Assembly (NCBI GenBank): GCA_046563655.1
Contig: CM102283.1
Location: 8,804,001-8,868,000 of the forward strand
Length of the DNA: 64,000 nt
Source of the DNA: Yuukianura sp. NJ FZ-2021
Taxonomy: Eukaryota
Direction: 5' to 3'
Both the position numbers and the translations under genes were made by a program. Shown here piece by piece: positions 27,999 to 42,335 of this stretch. Position 1 is the stretch's first letter, and the number at the start of each line of letters is the position of its first letter. The notes beneath the pieces were generated by a model that ran no database searches, was not told the origin of the DNA, and saw only the letters and a list, made by a program, of their open reading frames with translations.

Positions 27999-28631
27999 CT
28001 GCCAACAAAACAAAAAACTATCAGTTTACAAAATCACATTTAAAAAACTCTTTTTAAAAATTGGCTTTCATAATCCAACTATTTTGCCAAAACTTAAGTT
28101 CCGGGAGCCAAAAACAGAGTGAAGGACCCCATATTTTGCCCTGACCCGCTTTTTTCTTTTAACAGCCAACATTTGACATGAACGCTGCTCTGTACATGTA
28201 TATTCGCACTCTACTTATTTCCTAACCCATTTTAGTTACTCAATGCGGGTAAAAAATGTTACGTGCAATTACGAAATCACGAAGTTCACACAGTATAGCA
28301 CAGAAAAAGTTTAACCTAGAATATTTTTAGGTTTCATAATCATCATAATTTTTTTAAGCTAGTAATTCGAGATTCCCTGAACAGCACATGTATGCGGTGA
28401 CTCCTCTTCCATCCTGTCAGTACTTTGCAGTACATGCAACCATTGTTTGGTTTTATACTCTGAGGTTTCAAATTATAAAATGTTGACAGGCAGCAAAAAG
28501 CAAGTCACGCATCAACCAGCGCTGAATTCTTTGAAACACTTTATAATAAACTTCCTCTGCCTCAAAGTAGAAATCAGTGCCTCCAAAACACATTTTCACC
28601 TGCACTCATCCAAAGTACTGCCAGTACTCAC

Positions 28632-28698
28632 CTGAAGGAGCAGCGGAAGTACGAGTACTTACAACACAACAAAAAATTACCAAGGGCCTTTTACGCAT
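28632..28698 (-). CDS. Candidate short alternative first coding exon of the RasGAP (MRKRPLVIFCCVVSTRTSAAPS)
   Basis: ATG at 28698, open to a perfect CAG|GTGAGT donor in phase 1, which matches the acceptor at 27998. Confidence 0.5.
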
Positions 28699-29071
28699 TG
28701 CTCCTGCCAACCCAACCGAAACGAAATGCTTTTCAGAAAATAGTTGTAGTAAATAACATTATACAAAGGAAGTTAATGCACAATACCCACTAAACGACAA
28801 TTTTAGAAAGGTTAAAATGATGTGGCAAGATCAGAAACACCCACTAAACTCTCGACTCACTTTTAGCATATTTTCCACATAAATTCAAAAAATCACAATG
28901 CAAAACATCAAACGAAAGAGAAATTTTTCCATGACCAGAAACTGTAAGTTGAGACAAAACGCCTCCATCATGACACAAAAAAAATTTAACCCACTTTTCT
29001 CAAACTGAAAAACAAAGTAAGCTAAAACTAAAAATTTCCAAAAAATAATCCAAAATGTTCAAAAATAAAAC

Positions 29072-29867
29072 CTGAAGGATAAAACTGCTCGTCTTCAAGA
29101 TCATCAGCAGAATTTGGATTTGGAGACGCCGTCTCCAGAGATCGTGTCATCATGTCACTTTCAATATAAACTTCCGACTCTGGTCCACTTCCAGCACCCG
29201 CCGCCCAGCACATACTGAAAGTACTGGAATTGGTGAGCCTACTTCTGGACTGACTCCGTCCTGCCTTTCCCATGGGTGGACTTGCTAGCGGAGACGGTGG
29301 TAGATGCTGCCCAAGCACATTTTGTACTGCCGAGTTTCCACTTTTCCGTCGATTCAAATGTTTCAAAAACTTTGAACCCTGTTCTCCCTCGGAGCGCGTC
29401 AAACTTTTTGACCTCTCCTCCGTCATGCCCATAGGTTTTGTTCTCGTCAGAGAATTTTTTCCTAGAGCAGCCACAGCAGTCAAGGGGTAATGAATTATGC
29501 AACTCTGGCTCATTTGATGCGGATAAGGCTGCATATGCTGTTGGTACTGCTGATGCTGATGCTGGTGGTAGCTACTATATTCCAGAGCAGAGTGAGAGTC
29601 GTAGGTGTTGTTGTCAAGGTCAAAGGCCCACGGATCGTCCCGTCCCTTGAAAATGCTCAAAGTGGACTTGGTCACTACAATTCTCTCTTCTCCACTCTGT
29701 ATTGTCTTGGCCGGAATGTTGTCAGTACTTTGTGAACTTCCACCCAACAACTTGAATCGACTGGGAAGTGTTTTACTCTTCTTTGCTCTTCTTTTCATTT
29801 CTCGAACAGTCCATTTCCCCCCGCCAGAACTCGAACTATTATTCGGAGAACCCAACATGTCGAACAT
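29072..29867 (-). CDS. Candidate alternative first coding exon of the RasGAP (low-complexity N-terminus, ~265 aa)
   Basis: Long ORF with coding-like composition (first ATG at 29867). It ends CAG|GTTTTA, a weak donor, in phase 1. Confidence 0.6.
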
Positions 29868-32800
29868 TTCACTACTCAAACTAAACCTGGTCCACACAGA
29901 CTGTAGGCACACACTGACTGTAATTAATTCACAGTCTAACACTTGTACCCCACCAACCACAATAGTCGTAAGGAAGTTTATAGCTCCAGCACTATTTTCT
30001 CATTTCCTTTTGTTGTCTTTCCACCACCAGACTTGATTATTTGCACAACCAACACAAATAATAACAAAAAACTTCTGGAATGCACAGGGGGCAAAAGTGG
30101 CAAATTCTGCGACAACAGTGACAGCACACTGGTAAAACTTGGACAGGGAGCAACAGACTACCACAAGGACTATAAACACTTGTCACTTAAATTCCCACAT
30201 CACAAGCATACTCTAAACCGTGCTTGTAACTTTGCAGATCTCCATGACACATAACGCAGACACAGAAGGGGGTGAATGAGTCAACTTTGCAATAAATATT
30301 CAGCACAAACGGAGAGCACAGTGTACAAAAAGATCACAAAAAACAACAATAGAGATCCAAAAAAAAAGTGCAAAAAATCCCAAAGTTCCTTTGACACTGA
30401 CTAATACTCAGACACTGCTCCGTGCAAAACCAAAACTTCACTACTAAAACAGTTTTTGCAACTCTGCAATTAGCTCTCTTCTCATCATCACTCCAGCCGC
30501 CGCCAGGCTCACGTAAATCTTGACGCCTATTAAGCGCGTCATACCAGAGCCCCAGTTCCACTTCAAATGTTAGTGGGGGAGTGACTGTTCAGATCACGTT
30601 TGAACAGTGGACTTGGATCACAGAAGGGCTCTCGCTTTGTTATGGCTTGAATTTACTACCAGCCTCTCTCCGCGTATCATCGTTGGGATCATAAGCTTTT
30701 TCTTCTTTTCCCGATGACTCATTCAAGAGTCCCATAAATCCCAGGTACAGTCTCCATATAGTTACTTCCTCCGCGTCCGTTCTTTTAATAGGAACAAAAG
30801 AACAATGAAAAAGGTGGTTTCGGTTTACAAATTCAGCACTCCGCGTGTACCCTTAAGGGCCCACCGAACTTTAGAACTCAACCCTAAAATCAATATTATC
30901 AACTGCTCCAATTCCAACATCCAGCGCTGACTGTTCACTAACCGTCACTCTCTTTGCGTAGACTGTCTGAATCACACTGTCCAAAAATAGTTGACGTACA
31001 AAATGCGTGTTCAACGGGCACTATCAACTCAATTTGAAATCAAGCGAACACAGATTACTAAAAAAAATGCAAAAAATGCAATCGTAAAGCCTATCACCAG
31101 AACTTGTCAAGGTGGCACTGACACTTCAAAGTGTACTAAAAAGTTCATGACACGAACGTATATAACACCTTGGCTGTTTTTTGTGTGTTTTAACACCCTA
31201 CGAGATAATCTGTGCACAAATAACACTGAAATTAAAAATTAAAGCTCTTCCGTGTTATACTGCCTCTAAACACGGAAATTCAATACTTCTGTACACGTAC
31301 ACGTTACACCCACGATAACATCACTTCTGATAAAAATTTCAGTTTAAGTGACACACCAAGTACAAAAGGCAGCGACTTTTTGTAATAAATGGAATAAGAG
31401 AAAGTGATTGGTTTAGGTGAAAATGGAGATACGGCCTCACGACTTTACAAAACAATGAAAATAAACACAATAAAAGAAACAGTCACAAAATATTTCAAAA
31501 TTGACTTCTGTCACACACGTTTTTTCACTTTTAACTCAACACTTCTTTCCTGTTTTTAACACGTTTTAGTAAGAAAAAGTCACAAAATGACACCAATTTC
31601 AAATCTCGTTTTCGTTTTTATTGAAAACTCATGTTTTGCAAAACCAACTTTCAATCTCAACTTAAATTTCACTATCACTTTCTCTGTTTAAACTGCGTGT
31701 TAAGCCGACGTCACTGCCACTCAAGTATCAAAAGTAAAGTTTCAAGTCAAGTTTCACAACTTGAATGTTGAAACTGAGTTTTTTCCTAAGTCAAACTAGA
31801 TTTTTCTTATAAAAAACACATAAAGTAAATCATTTCCACCAAGAATCGTTTGGTTTCTTGCTTGAATTGACCTTTTCGCAGTTTCACTTTCACAAAAAAG
31901 ACATAAGTTCACAGAGGTGAAACGCAGTCCTCAACTCGAACATTTTTTGCACCTCTTTTAATTGAGTTCATGGTTTAAAGTTAGGGTGACCTAAAGTATA
32001 AATTTTCGTTTTTTCACTTTTATATTGAGGTCAACACTACAAAAGTGACATTGGGTCCAAGGTATGCTCACAATTCATAATACATTGTGAATTTTCAAAA
32101 CTTTTGTTCCAGTAGAATAAATTATCAAAAACACACTACACTTTTCTCCATTTCAAACTGAAATTTCAAAATGATGGATGACAGTTTTCGAGGTGGGAAG
32201 TGCAAACTCCGTCCTTCACGTAATTATTAATTCCAGTCACATTTCATAAAATTCACACCACACTAAATCCTCAACACTTCACTCTTTGTGCCAAACACTA
32301 CCAAAATCCAGAAATTTCCAAATTCCGCACAAATAATTCCAAAATTTCCGCGTTTTCCACATGAATACTATGAATGTGAGAGTTGTCACGTTTTCCACAA
32401 AATTTTTCAAGTTTTCCGCATTGAAAGTGATTAGTACTGAGAAAAAGTGACTAAAAATCACAAGTTGCTTCTTCTTGCGTCTCAACAATAAAACTGAAGT
32501 ACTTTTTCACAAAAACCACTTTTACTGAGAACCTCATCTTCAAATCACCTTCTGATATGCCCTCCATGAATCTCGCCAAATAAAGTGAAGGACTTCGGGC
32601 ATAGTTCAGTTCCTCTTCCCACACAAACCTAACCTGTTCTTACCCTCTTACTTGTCAATGTCAACATGACAAACAAACCAACTTTCCTCTAAAAAGTACT
32701 AATCAATTAATCACTAATCTTCTTCAATTCCCATCACAGCCTTAAAACCAGATCACATTTACACAAATTCACAAGAAAGTAGATCTGTTGACGACCTCTG

Positions 32801-35800
32801 ACTTCAACCTCCTCTGTTTCTGTACTGCCTCGACCCATGACAAACCTTAACTTATGACAAACAAACTCAAAGCACTTTTTTGTGTTAAATTTCTCTACCT
32901 ACTACGTTAAATTTTTAATTCAAGGGAGAAATCCACTTTAGAGGTTACAGTACACTGAGCAAAGAAAATGGAAAGAATGAACCCACCAGAACCAAATTCT
33001 ACTTAAATTCTGAAGCGGCGAATTAGATCACGTCAAAAACATACACACACTTAAACGCCCATCATCATCTCAAAACAAACGCACTATGCAGTATGTGCTC
33101 CACTTTGTACAGCTTAAGCGGAAGGACTAATCCACAATCCATAATCCACTGCTCCAGATGCTCCTCATCCACTTAACCTTTCAAATCTCTCCATTTACTC
33201 TGCACTTCTAACAAAAATAGTTTAGTTTGGCTAGTGTCGAGTAATCGTCTAGCAACTTCTGTAAAATGCATACAAGCACATGCGGTCATTTGCTTTTAGA
33301 AAAAAAAATGCTTAGTTTCTTTTTAAATGCTTAGTAAGCCAAATTGACTCATAAATGCTCGCTTCATCACTCATTTTTTAAACTTCCAGTTTCAAATCTC
33401 TCAAACCTTGCAATAAACAAACATCAAAACCAAGAGATAAACGCTGTCATAATGTAATCGTTCAGTTTTTTTTTTCAAAATTGCTGATTGAAGAACAAAC
33501 ACAAAATGTGAACTTCCCATAAAGTTCAGACGTTAACATTTTAAATTTAGAATCAAGAGCAGACAGCTTGTTGCGTCTATTTCTGAAAAACTAAAACGTA
33601 CATGACGTATTACATCACCTTTGGGAAACTTTCTTTTAAAATTCACAGTCAACCTTGAACTAAAAAGTTTTGTGGTATTCATCATGCAAACGGCAAGCCT
33701 TTTACAAATATTGTAAACAATTCAGATTTCTATCGTTTCAAAAAAAAGTGTAAATTCCCACAACTCAACGACAAAATTTCAGTGTTTTTTTTTCTTTTTG
33801 AAATTCAAAAACTCAGTATGATGGAAATCCTATGGTCAGACTCAGACATGGCGGTTTACAACAATAGATTGCCTTCAAAGTAAAGTTAAGATAAAGAAAA
33901 ATGTATTTCGAAACTCCAAGATCCAACAGACCGAAACTACACTCCCCAATGTTTACTTTTTAAAAATGAAATGAACCACTCATTATTTCAATACACGAAT
34001 TCTAATCTTCATTTTTCCCATTAAACGACAAACAAAAGAAATAAAGTTTCAAATTCCATTTTCCACCAGTACAACTCCATACTCGTCCCACTTAATTCCA
34101 TGTCACTCTTTCTAAATTCCTAAACTCTCAACAAAAACTTCATTTGAAAAAAGCTTTGTCTTCAAAAATGAAAGTTGATTAAAAACAAAAACCTGCCGCC
34201 CCTTTGATATTTTATCAACAATTAAAAATTCATCTCTCACATTTTGCATTACATATGTTTGAAATATTAAATATTTGAGTTTAATCAATCAACTGAACTT
34301 CTCTCCTAAACTAATTAACTCCCAGCACCATGCTCTCTCCGCCTTGTTAATTTTCCTGTGCAATTTACTGTTCCGCTCTGTAAAAGTGACATTTCCCATG
34401 ATGAGTTGTTTGTGCAAAGAGCAGAAACAATACATCATCTCCAAATCCAACTGGAGCATGAATTGTTAATTCAATTAGGTTACGAAATCAACACCTCCAA
34501 CCACTTCCTCATTCACCCCTGCAAAACCAATGTAGAATATCAAAGAAAGTTAGAAATTTTCCATCACGCAATACAATACTCCATAAACTGCCTAATCTAA
34601 ATCTCCACTTCAAAACCAAAATTGGAACATAAAAATACTAACCCAAAACAGAATCGTAAATTAAACCAAACAAGGCAATCAATAACATTTCCACTCCTAA
34701 AGTTTCAGGAAAACCAAAATTTCAAATATTTCAAAAACTTGTCAAAAAATTTCATCAATTTGAAAAAAAAAATCAAATCAAGTTCACTGCGTCCCGTAAT
34801 TGGGTAGTGTACTAGAATCTCTCTTTCAAAATTTCTGCTGAGACAAAGTTTTTGTTCCGAAAATGAATCCAATTTGACTTTTGTACTGCTCCGTAGTTCG
34901 TCAGTTGCAAAAAGAGAAAGCAGATCTCCATTTCCACTGTACAGATGACACAGTGGCTTGTGGTTTGAAGAAAGTCAGGAAATGAGCAAATGACATATTG
35001 AACTACTAAGCTTTCCAGCGACTGGACTCCAAAAGACAAACCTAATGCTGTCCTCCATGATTAAAAAGACAGGAACTTAATAACGGAATGAATGCGTCCT
35101 CTGACTTAATTCCGGTGTCTGAGCATCTATGTCACACAAACCAACTCATCCAACCCAATTTCCTTTTTAATGGGAAACAGCCTGTCTATAATTTCTGTTT
35201 CTCTATTTAGAATACCAAAATAAGAGAAAGTTCAAATTCTGCACAAATTTCCACTATAATTCCGCCTAGCAACCAAAATATGCTAAAAGTAGGACCCAGA
35301 TGTGACAGTAGAGTAGAACAGTTTCCTTTGTGTCATAAAAAGAGTATTCCCATGGCTGTATTTAGAAATGAGGTCAAATTAAAAGGGCAAAGGGGGCATG
35401 CATGCACAGGAGAAAGCAATATCTCTCTCATCGGATCAATCTCCACAAAATAAACAAAAAGTCAACAGCAGCCGCTACCACCACCCTTCTTCTCTAAAGT
35501 TTACTTTAACTTTCTTAGAATCTCTTGTTTTCAAAGGCAAAATTAGATTCCATCTGCACCAACTTCCGGAAAAACTAGGACACACTTTACCATCACTTCA
35601 ACAATTGTTTTGGAACGGCAAACGGAGAATTTAACATTTCAAAAAAATGTTCATTTCCAAAATAATTTCAATATCGTCTTTAAAAAATCGCATAGATCTT
35701 CAATCCTTTCAATCTCAATTGTTTCTTCGCAACAATTCATTTCTTTCGTAGAATTTTTTAAAGAAACTTTTTTTCCACAATTTTTTTTAATAATTTTTTT

Positions 35801-38100
35801 TTACATTAACAGTGATGTAAAGAAAATTTACGCAATGTATCCTTAGCAATGAAAAAGTTTGGCAGTGCTTTCACTTATAGTGAAAGTAGACCAGAGACGA
35901 ACTTCTGAAACTTCACACTAGGTGGCGCTCACGTCGCTATTTCAAACACGGCACCACGCTGTCTACCTTTAACTTTTAGCTCTTCTCGCATAGGTTTAAA
36001 GCAGGCACTTTTCAGAAACTAAATTCCCAAACTTGAACTTTAACTCTAACATTTTCAATTTCCTTCTTTAATCCTAGCTTAAGTTAAGTTAAACTTAAAA
36101 ACGTGCTTACAGCGTTCAACTGACGAAAGACAAGCATAAATCCTGGATAATCTATCCATAGAATATTAGTTCCTTCCCGCCTAGAGCACATTCTGCTTTC
36201 ACTTTCTTTCTCCAAGTGAAATGGCCTGTCACCATGTCATTTCCCTGTCACTTCCACAAAGAAAGATGGCAGTCACTGATTATTAAACTAGGCCTCAAAT
36301 TGACTTATTTTATTCATGTCTCCACAAAAGATTCAATCTTCACCTTAACTTTCTGCCTTATTAGGCCACAGAGACTCCAAACCACTTTTTACTATTTCAG
36401 CACTAACGAAATTCTGCTAAATTCCGTTCTACAGCACTGCAAGCTTTCCTGAAGAAAGCAGAAACCTTCGTGAATAAAATAATTCCAGCTGGAAATGAAT
36501 GACAGAAGTTCCCCTGCTTGTCATCATTTTCCCTGGCAGAGTCCTTACAATAACTTAGACTCCTGCACCCACAAAAGTTAGAGTCGTGCACAATAGTTCC
36601 AACAAAATGGACTGGAATTCCCTCCTGAATTGTCTCAACATTAATTTAAATAAGAAACTTTCCTTCATCTTCATCAAACCTGACAGTGACAAAATGAATC
36701 ACAAACTTTCTCCAGAAATAAAGACAACACAGAGAGAAAGACAGACAAAGCAGGAGAAAGTCTTCAGTATAAATCAGTACCTCCCTCGAAAACGACATTC
36801 CCGCCTGTTTTTCGAATTTTATTTTTTCAAATTTCATTTCAGAGAATTTCAAATTCCAATTTCTTATTCCCTTAAACTTCAAACCTCGCACGTCACCCCT
36901 CCAATTCTTGGTTGAAGTTCCCTCCTTGGTCCATGTCATGTCATTCAAAGTAACATTAAATTAATTCCCAAAGTCAACAAATCTTGACATAATCTCTCGA
37001 ATGCAGTTTGTGCACATTGGACTTATGTGAAGAATCTGACAGGCCATTTAAAAGAATACCAAGTACACTAAATCCTCTCCAATAAAAAAAATTACTGCTC
37101 AAACATAAATTTACCGTTGTACAAACAGACTTACAAAGTTGACTTTAGTACGTGCTCTTTCAACAAAAAAATAACGTTATACTACCTCCTTTTCATTTTG
37201 AATTTGAACTATGACGTCAAAAGAGCGCCAACTTTTGTCCAAGGTTTTCACTAACGCTAAAATACCAAAATGAAAGCCCGGAAGAGTAGAATTAAAGAGC
37301 TTTAATTTGGAACGAAAGCTTCCCGCGCTTTTCCCTCAAAAGCTTTTCAAGTTTTGAGGAATTTGAGCATCCGGAATCCGGATTTCGGCCAAAATCGCTT
37401 TCCCTCATCCCCAAAATGAAACTCTCCTTTGAAAACAGGTTCAAACTTTTCACTCTACTAAAAACTTTTACTTAAATCCTGTTTAAACTCACTTCTCACA
37501 ACGGCCTTTTTCAGAAAAAGTTTTTTTGATTGACTTTGAACAGCTTACAAATAGTTTTCCAAGTCTCCGCTTTGCAAACTGTCCTGCCCTATAGGTTAAA
37601 CCTAAGACTAATCGCTACAACACAAAAAGTGCTTTGGGAAGTGTAAATTCTTGTTTTAATTAAATGTCAACAACCTCCATAAGATGAATGACATCACAGC
37701 TATTTGTGTTTGTACAAGAGCAAAGACAGGAAAGAAAACCATAAAAAACGTAGTTTTTGATGTTAGTTTTCCCCCTTCCTGTCCACAGCATTCTCCCTCC
37801 CGCCATTTCTTTTTTGCTTTCCAGAGGGATCAGATTCCAATCAATTTTTCAATTTATTTCTCACCCTCACGTTACTTGACATGTTTAAAAAAAACGAAAA
37901 AACGTGAAGAAAGCATTATTTCAAAAAACAAAAATTCCCGGGTCCTTCACTCTTTTCATCAAAATCCCAAACCTCACAGGCTCTTTTGTCTTTTCAAAAA
38001 TCAAAAAAGTGATTTTCTTCTCCGAAAAACTTCAATTTCGAACTCAAAAACCATGGAAAGCCATAAAACTACAATTTTTAGAAAAAACAGATTGACTTAC

Positions 38101-41100
38101 TTTGAATGATAGAGGCGGGACTGCTATTTCTGTGTTGGGAGCTGGTCGAAGAGTAATCACCGCTGCTGCTGAAGTGGCTTGCTCCAGCACTGCTCCTCGT
38201 TCCCGCCACTTCTTTTTCAATGCCACTGGATGATGCTGTTGCGTTGTTCATACTAGCCGCAGTATCTTCATCTTCCTCCAACACTGGGTTCATTCCCCAT
38301 TTGGAATTATTGATGAGACACTTCACACTGTTCGGCCCACCGTCAAGTCGAATTCGAACTACTTCAGTAGGAGCACTGCCTCCTTCGCCACCAAACTAAA
38401 AAATACACAGGAGAGCATAAGATTAATTTAGACAACAAAATCCAGTTCACTCCTGGACAATTTCAGCAAATAACATGCAACAAATGCCTCTGCATGCATT
38501 TAACACAATTATAACCACTCTACTCAACCTTCCTAAGTTTTTAGTGCTCCACTTAAACAAATTGTGCCATGCAATACGCCTTTTAATTAAAATACTCACA
38601 CTCGATAGTTTTGAATTAAAACTATTCCCACAAACAGGAAAAAATAATTAAATTTAACGGGAATTTGATTCAGACCCACAAAGGAGAGAAAAAAACAACC
38701 TCAGCAGATGAGTCAGGAGAACAAATCAATCGGCGTGCAAAAATTTAAAAGCTGAAAAAATTCGCAATTCGACACAGTCTCAACAACGAACAAACAACAA
38801 ATTCGCAAATCATGCTTCATGCAATACAAATCAAACCCAATACAAAACTCAAGTTCTTCAAAAACCCGATTTCATTACTTTCTCCCCGGGATAAAAAAAA
38901 ACAAACTCATTTATCATCCCTCAGAAAAATATTTCTAAAAAGTCAAACTCAAAAATGCAGGTGAGTGACCGAAAACAAAAATATGGAAGCATCATGCAGC
39001 AGGAAAGCAAACTGAACTTCGTTTTCAGTTTTTTTTTGGTGGGAAAAGTTAATAACTAAAATTGAATAAGAAATAAAACAATCAAAAGAAGTTTGTTCAA
39101 AATACTTTTGGGTGTTCCTTTTAAAACAAAAGTCAACGGAGAAAGTTCATTTCAAAAAACAAAATGGAATCCATTAACAGTTCAAAAGAAAATTAGAAAG
39201 TGCCAAGCAAGAGAATTTTGAAGCCAAACAAAGCTGGCGGGCCCATTCAAAATAAGAAAACAAACAAAACCGAGATCTTTTTAGCTTTTTCGTTTTTCCA
39301 AAAACACAAAAACCGCCAAAACTTCAAAGTTTTCTCCATTTTAGAGTAACTTTCTTACCCCATTACTCGTACTTCTTGGTCGAGTTGGTGTGCCCGGAAA
39401 TATCTACACAACACAAAGGCGTCAAAATTCAATTAAACTCTGAATATCCTTTGCAGTTTTCAGTCCCATTGTTCACACGTTCTTTCCGAAAACGTATGTT
39501 GGCACTCAACATTTACCAAAATCAGACAAATCAAAATTTCAGAATTTTGAAAACACAACTCCCTTATCTTCCCGAAACGCAAAAACTAACCTCCAGAATA
39601 TGTTCTTGCTTTAGTAATACCTACTCGTTCGAGGAAAACTCAAAAATCCTGCCTACAGGAAAAACCACTAGAGATATCAAATACCACAAACTTCCTTTTT
39701 TCCTGAAAAATTTCTTGGAACAACTTTGAGAGTTCTCAGATTACAAGCAATAAGCAAAGCACACAGTAATTTAGACTTAACAATCACACAATCTCACTTT
39801 TAATTTAATTTGGCACCAATTTCAAATTCATGGTTTACAGCCCTTTACTATCCCTGACCTGCTTCATCAAGCTTCCAAATTTTCCCGTTATTTGACATTT
39901 TTACGTTAGGTACAACAAAAAAGTGGAATTTTTTCTTAATGAGCAACAAGATTCAGTTTCGATTAAAATCGAATTTCGTGGAAATTCGTTCGACAACTCA
40001 AAAAAAACTCCAAGTTTTTTCTTTTTCAAATCCGGGTCTCCCCCTCAAGCAAAAAATCTCGTGCTGTTGGAAACCGTTGCTAGGCAACCAGCATCCGCAT
40101 AATTCTTCACTACTGATCAAAGCTACGTTATAAATCATAGGTTAGTGACTGACACTTCCAAATTCAGAACTTTAAACTTAACAATACGATCTCATATCAG
40201 ATGAAAACTGTTAATGTTCAATTCTATTTTAATCTGACCAACATCGAAAATTAGACTTCAAAAAATCAAAATCAATCTTCCGCCAACGTCAATTCAATTC
40301 AAATGTTTATTTTTGGAAGTGCCTTGCCCCTCATTGTTCTAATTTTGAAAAACAGTTAGCAATTTGTCATCGTAAAAGTCAACCGTATCTCCGCCCTTGC
40401 TCTCAAAATCAAAAAGCAGATTCTCACGATTACTCTGTGCCAAGTTTCAAATTCCTTTTCGCAGTATTTAAGCCAAACAATGCCAAATCCCAACAATGGC
40501 CAAATCCTCTACCGTTTCTGACACTTCAACATTGCAAAACCGTTTTTTTTTTTCAAAAGAATCAACATTACTCATCATTACACTACAACAGAAGGCAGCC
40601 TAAAAGCTTAGCTTTTTTTTCTTACAATTGTCACCAAACCGTTTGTCACCCCCGTGAAAAATGACTGTGAAAATCCTGAAAAATGACTTCCAGAATTCGG
40701 ATACACAAAATTCAAACTTTTTCGCCAACTGAAAACCGTAAGTCAGGGAGACACAATAGAAAATTATTTTTTCCAAAAACTAGAGCAAAGTCCTTTGCAC
40801 GCCATTTCCATAAAACCCTACTGTCCCACTTTTCAATTTTTTTTGAAACTGTCTAAAAGACTAGAAAACTAGAACAAAAACATTACGTCAATTAATTAAT
40901 ATTCTTTGAAGTTCAGCTCCTGCCCTAAATGCATAAAGACACGAACTTGCCTATTTTCTCTTTTCTATTATATTAATAAACTCAAAAGTTCATCAGACAG
41001 GGCGTGAATTAAACTTAATTACGCAACTTCTAAAAGTCCATTTCTCTTTGCCAAAGAACCACTTCCTGTGCACTTTTCGCATGTAAAAGACCGTTTGTAC

Positions 41101-42335
41101 TTTGTATTTTCCCTCCATCAGGAATCCTCTCAACAGAATTAAATTTCGCAGAGAATTAAATCAACGGTTCTTCAAAATTTCACACAACAATGAACCTGTC
41201 AAGCTTTTAACTCATTAAAAAACTATGCTTAAAAACAATCATCCTCAAAAGTATTACAAAATATACTTGAAAAGTCTCCGGATGATGTCGGATTTCAAGA
41301 AAATCTCATAAGTTCACGTCAGGATTCCTGAATTCCTGATTCCTGCCTTCCTGACTAAGGAACAGAAAAGAAACAGAACAATGTCACTTTTTAAAACCAC
41401 AGTGCTACTTTTGAAAATATAAAAATGAAAGAACAATGCATAATTGTCAAAAGTGGGACTCCACCTCTCTCTCAAAACACTTCAACACTTCATTCCGGTT
41501 TCACCTTTTCAAAAAAAAATGTTTCGCGCTCTAGAACTCGACATTCAACGACACTCTAAATTCCAATTTAAAAAATGGCGCCAAGACGGGAACAAATTTA
41601 AAGATGCTGACTGTAGTCTACTGACCTCATCTTAAAAAATCAGATCAATCGCTTTCCAATTTCTCATTTTGTAGACACTTCTAACGACATTCATTTTCTC
41701 CTCATGTCAATCAATCCTAACGGGGAACAGTCTACTCCGGTCATTTCAAATACCCAGGGGTCAATTAATCTTTTGCAGTTTGAATTGCTAAACAAAAAAT
41801 CTACTGCTATGTCGGATACAATTAATCCACTTTTGACTGGCACTTTGCCCACTCCCGTGTGCTCCAATCCAAGACTTAACAAAAGTTTCTGTCAGACGCC
41901 AGGATTAATCCATCAAAAAAGTTAACACCCAACCAGTGCCTTCAAAGTTCACTTCATTGATCAACTGTGTTGATACCAGCATAAAAATAGCTCGACTTGA
42001 AATTTTTTTGACACTTCGCACGTACTCTAAATCTAACTTTCTACAAAGTAAGTCAAGGACTCTGCAAAAACAATTTCCTCCCGCCGAAAATTCAATTTTT
42101 CCGTTCACCGATTTTTCGTCATCACACCACACTAAAAAAAAGCACTTTTCTCTCTCCTATTTTCAAATTTTCGCTCCACTATGTTAAAATTTTTCAAAAT
42201 TTGGACTTACCGACATTTCTTCGCTTCTGTACGTAGTGAACGTCTGATCAAGTTGATTGAGTACACAAAAGTATGGTTCCCACTCTACCTCCGGAGGGTT
42301 GTTTCTTGAACTATGACCCAAGGGAATATCACGAT
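38101..42335 (-). CDS. raskol: Three upstream RasGAP exons, including the N-terminal strands of the split PH domain
   Basis: Exons 42335-42211 (WEPYFCVLNQLDQTFTTYRSEEMS), 39403-39359 (IFPGTPTRPRSTSNG) and 38395-38101 (EVVRIRLD...WGMNPVLEE), each with a GTAAG donor. Phases 1-0, 0-0 and 0-1 chain correctly into 27998. Confidence 0.78.
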
